Below, in pieces: positions 25,797 through 31,797 of a DNA stretch of 31,797 nucleotides. Each line of letters starts with the position of its first letter. The stretch's first letter is position 1. The DNA lies in contig JBBQPO010000031.1 in the NCBI GenBank assembly GCA_038217285.1, positions 1-31,797 on the forward strand. Direction: 5' to 3'. Both the position numbers and the translations under genes were made by a program. The stretch comes from Chthonomonadales bacterium (GTDB lineage Bacteria > Armatimonadota > Chthonomonadetes > Chthonomonadales > Chthonomonadaceae). The notes beneath the pieces were generated by a model, which saw only the letters and a program-made list of their open reading frames with translations, did no database searches and had not been told where the DNA came from.

Positions 25797-28304
25797 ATGA
25801 GCACAGATATGGTCGCCGTTCTGGTCGGCGGTATAGGCATAATCGCGTTGCTGGCCTGGTTCTTCTTTGGTCCGAAGGAAGGCAAGCGCGCCGAGACAAA
25901 GGCGGGCGTGGCGAACAGCGGTCAGACGCTCGGTACTGTCGCTGCCGGACGGTCGGAACCGGTGCTGGAGCGGTGCGACCTGGCGATTACGGGAATGCAC
26001 TGCGCCGCATGTATCGGACGGGTGGAGAAGGCTATCAAACAGGTGCCGGGCGTCCAGGACGCGACCGTCAGCCTTCTGGCGGAGCGCGCCGTCGTCACGT
26101 TCGACGCGAGTCAGGCGAAGGCCGAAGATCTGGTCGCTGCCGTATACGACTCCGGTTACGATGCAAGCCTGGCGAACATGGACCATTTCGGCCAGACGCC
26201 GGCCACAAACCCGGAAGCAGGGACGACAGCGAAGCCGACGGAGGCGCAGGAGCTTCGGCGTCGATTCCTCACGTCGCTGGCGCTGACCCTCCCCGTGCTG
26301 GTGATGGGAATGGGGCCGCATCTCGGCCTGATCCCCATGCACTGGACGATGGTTGCGTGGTGGAACTGGGTGCAGCTGATTCTGACGACGCCTGTTCTGT
26401 TCTGGGCCGGGAGCGGCTTTTTTCGGGGTGCCTGGGCCGCCCTCAAGCAGCGGGCCAGCGATATGAACACCTTGATCGTCGTCGGCACCTTCAGCGCCTA
26501 TGCCTACTCTGCGGCCGTGACGATCGCGCCGGGCTTTTTTGCGGCCCGTAGTGTGCAGGACGGCGTCTACTTCGAGACGGCGGGCGTCATCGTGACGCTG
26601 ATCTTGATGGGTCGTCTGCTGGAGGCACGAGCCAAACGCAGCACGGGAACCGCCATTGAGAAACTGATCGGCCTGCAGCCCCGGACCGCGCGCGTGCTGC
26701 GGGACGGGCAGGAGGTGGACGTGCCGCTTGCCGAGGTGCATGTGGGCGACCAGCTCCTGGTGCGGCCCGGCGAGAAAGTCCCCGTGGACGGCGTGGTGGT
26801 GTCCGGCCACTCATGGGTGGACGAGTCGATGCTGACGGGCGAGAGCCTGCCGGTGGAGAAGCGGGAAGGCGAGACCGTGACGGGTGCGACGCTCAATCAG
26901 CGCGGCGCGTTCACGATGGAAGCGAAACGCGTGGGGAAGGACACCGCGCTGGCCCAGATCGTGCGGATGGTGGAGCAGGCGCAAGGCAGCCGTGCGCCCA
27001 TTCAGAGGCTCGCCGATGTGATCACCGGTTATTTCGTGCCGGTCGTGCTGATGCTCGCCATCGCCACCTTTACCGGCTGGTATCTCCTGGGGCCGGAGCC
27101 GAAGTTCTTGCACGCCCTGCTCGCCTTCGTCGCGGTGCTGATCATCGCCTGCCCTTGCGCGCTCGGCCTCGCGACGCCTACCGCGATCATGGTCGGCACC
27201 GGGCGCGGCGCGCAGTTGGGCATCCTTATTAAAGACGCGGAGTCGCTGGAGACGGTGCACCGCGTTCAGACGGTCGTGTTGGACAAGACCGGAACCGTCA
27301 CGGAGGGCAAGCCCGCCCTGACCGATGTGATCACCGCGCCGGGAGTTGCGGAGACTGATCTGCTGCGTCTGGCGGCCTCGGTCGAGCGCGGCAGCGAACA
27401 TCCGCTGGCAGGCGCTATTGTTGCGGGCGCTCAGGCGCAGGGAATCGGACTGGCCGAAGCGACACAGTTCCAGGCGCTCGCCGGACGAGGCGTGGAAGCC
27501 CGTGTGGAGGGCCACGACCTGCTGCTCGGCAATGCCGCGCTGCTGCAAGAACGTGGCATCGACACAGCGGCCTTCGAGGCAGAGATGGCGCGACTGTCCG
27601 GGGAAGGCAAGACCCCCATGCTGGTGGCGCTCGACGGGAAAGCGGCGGGGGTGCTCGCCGTCGCCGACCCGATTAAGGCGACCGCGCCTGCCGCGATTGC
27701 GCGCCTGAAGGCGATGGACGTGACGGTGGTGATGCTCACCGGTGACAACCGCCGCACGGCGGAAGCGGTCGCCCGACAGGTCGGCATCGAGCGTGTGCTG
27801 CCGGAAGTGCTTCCGGCGCACAAGGCGGAGGAGATAAAGCGGCTGCAGGCTGCAGGTCAGGTCGTGGCGATGGTCGGCGACGGCATCAACGACGCCCCCG
27901 CTCTAGCGCAGGCAGATATCGGCATGGCCATCGGCACCGGAACGGACGTGGCTATCGAGGCCGCCGACGTCGTGCTGATGCGCGGCGACCTGAACGGCGT
28001 CGCCGACGCGATCGAGCTGTCGCGGGCCACCATGCGCAACATCCGGCAGAACCTGGCCTTTGCGTTCGGCTACAACACTCTGGGGATCCCGATTGCGGCG
28101 GGCGTGCTGTTTCCCTTCACGGGCTGGCTGCTCTCCCCGATGATCGCCTCGGCGGCGATGGCTCTGAGCAGCGTGTCGGTGGTGACGAATGCCCTGCGTC
28201 TGCGCAGCTTCGCGCCCACCGGTTCCCGAAAGGTTCAGGATCCCGCCGACACGCTCTCCCCACCGGTCCAGGCGGAACCCCGCGAGATTAAACGCACGGC
28301 GTGA
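25797..28304 (+). CDS. copA: Cu(I)-transporting P1B-1 ATPase
   Basis: GMHCAAC HMA domain, [45 protein letters not shown]. Start 25785 or 25797. Confidence 0.96.
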   Translation: MSTDMVAVLVGGIGIIALLAWFFFGPKEGKRAETKAGVANSGQTLGTVAAGRSEPVLERCDLAITGMHCAACIGRVEKAIKQVPGVQDATVSLLAERAVVTFDASQAKAEDLVAAVYDSGYDASLANMDHFGQTPATNPEAGTTAKPTEAQELRRRFLTSLALTLPVLVMGMGPHLGLIPMHWTMVAWWNWVQLILTTPVLFWAGSGFFRGAWAALKQRASDMNTLIVVGTFSAYAYSAAVTIAPGFFAARSVQDGVYFETAGVIVTLILMGRLLEARAKRSTGTAIEKLIGLQPRTARVLRDGQEVDVPLAEVHVGDQLLVRPGEKVPVDGVVVSGHSWVDESMLTGESLPVEKREGETVTGATLNQRGAFTMEAKRVGKDTALAQIVRMVEQAQGSRAPIQRLADVITGYFVPVVLMLAIATFTGWYLLGPEPKFLHALLAFVAVLIIACPCALGLATPTAIMVGTGRGAQLGILIKDAESLETVHRVQTVVLDKTGTVTEGKPALTDVITAPGVAETDLLRLAASVERGSEHPLAGAIVAGAQAQGIGLAEATQFQALAGRGVEARVEGHDLLLGNAALLQERGIDTAAFEAEMARLSGEGKTPMLVALDGKAAGVLAVADPIKATAPAAIARLKAMDVTVVMLTGDNRRTAEAVARQVGIERVLPEVLPAHKAEEIKRLQAAGQVVAMVGDGINDAPALAQADIGMAIGTGTDVAIEAADVVLMRGDLNGVADAIELSRATMRNIRQNLAFAFGYNTLGIPIAAGVLFPFTGWLLSPMIASAAMALSSVSVVTNALRLRSFAPTGSRKVQDPADTLSPPVQAEPREIKRTA

Positions 28305-28414
28305 GGGTGCCTACAGGAATGGTTCCGCCAACGAAAGTCTGGCTGGGCCATCACCGAGTCAATCTCTGTTTGCCCCGCCGGGGTAGGCAGTCACCATAGA
28401 AAGAAGAAAAAACG

Positions 28415-28624
28415 ATGACACAGACATTTCAGGCCCATGCCCCCGACATCAGTTGCGAAGGCTGCGCCAACGCGATCAAGCGCTCGCTGAGCCGCGTACC
28501 AGGCGTGCAGACAGTAGAAGTGGACATTCCTGGCAAGAACGTCACCGTAGAATACGACGCTGTGCAGATCACCGACAATGACCTGCGCGCCCGACTCGAA
28601 AAAGCGGGCTATCCCACCCAATAA
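28415..28624 (+). CDS. copZ: Copper chaperone (HMA domain)
   Basis: 69 aa, DISCEGC motif, C-terminal AGY. Confidence 0.9.
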   Translation: MTQTFQAHAPDISCEGCANAIKRSLSRVPGVQTVEVDIPGKNVTVEYDAVQITDNDLRARLEKAGYPTQ

Positions 28625-28642
28625 AGCGGTTTTCTCTCTGGA

Positions 28643-28683
28643 AATGCGTAAGGCGGCGAATCATTTTCGCCGCCTTACGCATT
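28643..28683. terminator. Perfect 18-bp inverted repeat ending the csoR-copA-copZ operon
   Basis: AATGCGTAAGGCGGCGAA-tcatt-TTCGCCGCCTTACGCATT; U-tract is weak. Confidence 0.7.
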
Positions 28684-29046
28684 GCTTGGGCTTAAATCTA
28701 TCTTGCTACAATCCGCCATTAGGGGGACACTACTTTTTCGGAGCACAGGTACTATAGGAAACAAGACCTCTACTGTCGATAGAATGCAGTTCTCGACACG
28801 GGGGCGGATTTCCGGATCGGGGCGTCGCGAGTGTGGCTGCGGTGCTCCCAACAGTGTACGGCAACGCCCAATAATAATCGCCTGAAGTTTTTGCCTCAGA
28901 TGCGGTCAAACCTGCGTTTGAAATCCAGCGGCAATTGTTGCGCGTTGCCTACGCAACCCGACAAATCAGACCGAAGCACTAGCGGAGCAGCCGGGTTGAC
29001 TCCTGTCCTCGCGCGAACGCTATTCAGATCTACGAGGACAATTCCT

Positions 29047-30660
29047 ATGAGACTTAAATTTTTACTTGCATCGATGCTTGCTTTTACCCTCGGCCTCTTG
29101 CTTCCAAGCCTTGCGCAAACCGTCACTGCGAATCCCTATATGGCGGCGCTCAAGACCAATCCTAAGACCATCCAACCAGGCAAGTCTGCGACACTCGACA
29201 TCTTTATCATGAACTTGCCCTCGATGACCCCGAGCGCAAACCTCACCGTCACTGCGTCCTTAACCATGCCCGCCATGGCAGGCATGACATTGGATCAGCC
29301 CAACGTCATCCCTGGCAACGTGCCCGGCCACTACAGCGTGCGGCTCACTTTCCCCCAGGCCGGAAGCTACACCCTCGATCTCACGGTCAATCCGGCGACC
29401 GGAAAAGGCGCCACTCTGTCTTTCAAGATCAGCCCAGGCAACGCTGGAGACGGAGCCATGAAGGCTATGCCTGGCATGCCCGGTATGCAGGGGATGGCTA
29501 GCATGCAAGGCATGCAGATGAAAGGAAGCCTCGGGAACTGGTTGGCCAACCGAGAAGGATCCGGGACTTCGTGGCAGCCGGACTCTTCTCCCATGTTCAT
29601 GAAAATGCTCCCGTCGTTGGGCGGCTTCGAGTTCGGCACGATGGGAACCCTGCAGGCCGGATACGTCGATGCCGGCGGCAGGCGCGGTGACAGAGGCTTC
29701 TTTAGCAACTCGATGATTATGCTTATGGGTCGCAAAGAGTTGGGCGGCGGCGTGCTCGGGCTGCATTTCATGACATCGCTTGATCCCCTCCTTAACGGGG
29801 CACGCGGAGTTCCGAATCTCTTTCAAAACGGGTTTACGGTCCACGGCATTGACGTCGGTGACCGCAAAGACCCGCACAATATATTTGCGGAGGTCGCGGT
29901 CAGCTACAGCCACCCACTCTCCAAAGACTGGGCTGCATTCCTCTACGGCGGCCCGGTCGGCGAACCGGCGCTGGGAAATGCGATGTATCTGCACCGCACG
30001 AGCGGCCTGGAGATCCCGGAAGCGCCGATCAGCCACGACTGGTTTGACGGCTCTCATATCAGCTTTGGCGTCGTGACCCTGGGAGTTGTCTATCGGAACA
30101 AGTGGAAGATGGAGGGATCCGCCTTCAATAACGCCGAGCCCGGCAAGAATCAGTACGGCATTGGCCCCGTCGCACTGAACTCGGCCTCCGGTCGTCTCAG
30201 CTACAACCCGTCTCGCGACTGGTCGTTTACGACTTCCTACGGCTATTTGAACTCCGACGTCAATCAACACCGCTTCACTCTGGGCGCGGCTTATAGCCAC
30301 TCCCTCCCCCACGGTGACAATCTTTCCGTGACCGCCTATTTCGGCCAAAACATCGTTCAAGGGTCCGCGACGTCCAATGCCTGGCTTGCGGAGGCGACCT
30401 ATTACCATGCCAGGGAAGGGTTTTTCGCCCGCTTCGAACGCGTCGACAAGGGCGAACTCGTCGATGTGCCACCCGGAAACTACACCATCAACAAGCTGCT
30501 CTTTGGCGACGTGCATAACTTCACGAGCAAAGGCGGGCTCGACTATGGGGTGGGAGCGTATATCGGCGTTTACAGCTACCCGAGTTCGCTAAACGCTTCG
30601 TACGGAACGAATCCGCTTACCTTCGGCGTGTTCCTACGCATCCGCCCGAGCAAATTGTAA
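29047..30660 (+). CDS. FixH/YtkA domain + Met-rich linker + probable outer-membrane beta-barrel, copper-associated
   Basis: ATG at 29047 after GAGGA; signal peptide; 'TMPAM...PGHY...FPQAGSY'; 'MKAMPGMPGMQGM'; 'GSGTSWQPDSSPM', 'GPVGEPALG', 'APISHDWFDGSHISFGV'; C-term 'FGVFLRIRP'. Confidence 0.8.
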   Translation: MRLKFLLASMLAFTLGLLLPSLAQTVTANPYMAALKTNPKTIQPGKSATLDIFIMNLPSMTPSANLTVTASLTMPAMAGMTLDQPNVIPGNVPGHYSVRLTFPQAGSYTLDLTVNPATGKGATLSFKISPGNAGDGAMKAMPGMPGMQGMASMQGMQMKGSLGNWLANREGSGTSWQPDSSPMFMKMLPSLGGFEFGTMGTLQAGYVDAGGRRGDRGFFSNSMIMLMGRKELGGGVLGLHFMTSLDPLLNGARGVPNLFQNGFTVHGIDVGDRKDPHNIFAEVAVSYSHPLSKDWAAFLYGGPVGEPALGNAMYLHRTSGLEIPEAPISHDWFDGSHISFGVVTLGVVYRNKWKMEGSAFNNAEPGKNQYGIGPVALNSASGRLSYNPSRDWSFTTSYGYLNSDVNQHRFTLGAAYSHSLPHGDNLSVTAYFGQNIVQGSATSNAWLAEATYYHAREGFFARFERVDKGELVDVPPGNYTINKLLFGDVHNFTSKGGLDYGVGAYIGVYSYPSSLNASYGTNPLTFGVFLRIRPSKL

Positions 30661-30718
30661 GGAAGGCATAAAGCGCTTTACTCATAGCCCTTTGGGGCAT
30701 CAAGAAAGAGGAATTTCC

Positions 30719-31228
30719 ATGAAAACGATACGCACTTCCACGCTGGTATTGACCGGGGTCATGCTGGCAACCGGCCTGTTTGCGCAGACCCCGGCGCATT
30801 CGCACGATCATTCGGCCCAGACACCCGCGCGGACGGGCAAGCAAGCCCCGCCGAAACCAGGGATGATGGACGATAAGACGATGATGGCTCACTGCATGGA
30901 GATGATGCAGAAGCACGACCAGATGCAGGCGGATTTCAAGGCAATGGACGCCAAAATGGACGATCTTGTGGCGAAAATGACCGCAGCCAGCGGTGCGGAC
31001 AGATACGAGGCCATGACGGCGGTCGTCACCGAAATGATCGCCCAGCAGCGAACGCAACGCGACAAGGCAGCCGCCATGCAGTCCGAGATGATGCAGCACA
31101 TGATGGAGCATATGCAGATGGGCAAGCAGTCCAAGTCTATGCCCATGTGTCCCATGATGAAGGGAATGCAAATGCCGCCGAGCGGATCCGCTACGCCCGA
31201 GGACCATTCGAAGCATCATCAACCCTGA
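30719..31228 (+). CDS. Exported Met/His-rich helical metal-binding protein
   Basis: Signal peptide, HSHDH, very high Met content, 'MCPMM', C-term 'EDHSKHH'. Confidence 0.78.
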   Translation: MKTIRTSTLVLTGVMLATGLFAQTPAHSHDHSAQTPARTGKQAPPKPGMMDDKTMMAHCMEMMQKHDQMQADFKAMDAKMDDLVAKMTAASGADRYEAMTAVVTEMIAQQRTQRDKAAAMQSEMMQHMMEHMQMGKQSKSMPMCPMMKGMQMPPSGSATPEDHSKHHQP

Positions 31229-31410
31229 CGGATAGTAAGCCCGGTCTCATCTCCAAAAGACAGAGGCTATACGATCAGTCGGCAATATGGTTCTGTTAAC
31301 GGGTTGGCTTCCTGACGCAAGCCGGGTCCAACCCAAGAAAAAATACCAAACGTACGCACAACAGGTGGAACGCCCTTATGGGCAATGCGGGAAAGAGGCA
31401 AGGGCAGGTT

Positions 31411-31797
31411 ATGGAACTTGGTAAAGAGGTCAGAACAGGGCTGGACGCGCCCATCGACCGGCGCAAGTTGCTGCGGATTCTCGGGTCCGGCGTGGCGGTC
31501 CTCGCGGTGGGTGGAATGGTGTTCCGGGTTGGAGATAGAACCGTCCATCTGACTCCCTCGGCCGCTACTGTCGGCTTTCTCCCTGATGTAGAGATCGCTC
31601 TCAAGGCGAGCCCGGCAACGGTATCGATCTTTCCGGGCGCTCTGACAAGAGTCTGGAAGTATTCGGGAACGGTACTGCACGGCGATCCCGGCAGCCTTCA
31701 GACAAATCCGGGTTCTTATCTCGGTCCCACACTGCGTCTGCGCAGGGGCCAGAAGGTGCGCATCCGGTTCACGAACGATCTCCCGGAAGACTCGATC
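31411..31797 (+). CDS. Tat-exported multicopper oxidase (CueO/SufI/bilirubin-oxidase type), 5' part only
   Basis: Not in the supplied ORF track because it has no stop. Translates MELGKE...IDRRKLLRILG...TRVWKYSG...SYLGPTLRLRRGQKVRIRFTNDLPEDSI and runs off the window. Confidence 0.85.
   Translation, partial: MELGKEVRTGLDAPIDRRKLLRILGSGVAVLAVGGMVFRVGDRTVHLTPSAATVGFLPDVEIALKASPATVSIFPGALTRVWKYSGTVLHGDPGSLQTNPGSYLGPTLRLRRGQKVRIRFTNDLPEDSI

Noticed and set aside
28831-29046. 72-aa N-terminal extension of the barrel ORF
   Set aside because: The signal peptide and SD point to ATG 29047.
31362-31372. CAGGTGGAACG resembling a T-box core
   Set aside because: Lacks the ACC bulge completion, stem I and a terminator.
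1-31797. CRISPR array, tRNA/rRNA, integrase or transposase
   Set aside because: No regularly spaced repeats, cloverleafs or mobility-enzyme motifs seen by eye.

Overview
GC-rich bacterial window, probably from a diderm lineage. A T-box, a pilin-like '...YADGH' protein and outer-membrane proteins together hint at Armatimonadota, but this is inference only. Left to right: (1) a minus-strand orphan GlmL/MutL-type ASKHA ATPase with a 385-aa partner and a pilin-like protein, with no glutamate mutase in the window; (2) an operon of two trkA genes, two half-CHAD genes, an HhH gene and ppx; (3) an AT-richer islet with a HEXXH protein and a Panacea antitoxin plus PemK-like toxin pair; (4) a complete T-box riboswitch whose specifier reads AUG (Met), in front of a threonine-synthase-like gene and a MoaD/CysO-like sulfur carrier; (5) moxR, a KimA-like K+ transporter, a STAS-USP fusion and nadC; (6) a ~12.5 kb copper island (3xYHS protein, two-domain multicopper oxidase, porin, FixH/YtkA proteins, di-haem protein, csoR-copA-copZ, OM barrel, Met-rich protein, second MCO). 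The island starts with an exported Cys/His-rich leader ORF ending in a RAPP ribosome-arrest motif, whose codons are complementary to the next gene's Shine-Dalgarno. The best leads are that arrest-peptide switch, the Met-specifier T-box and the mutase-less GlmL module.
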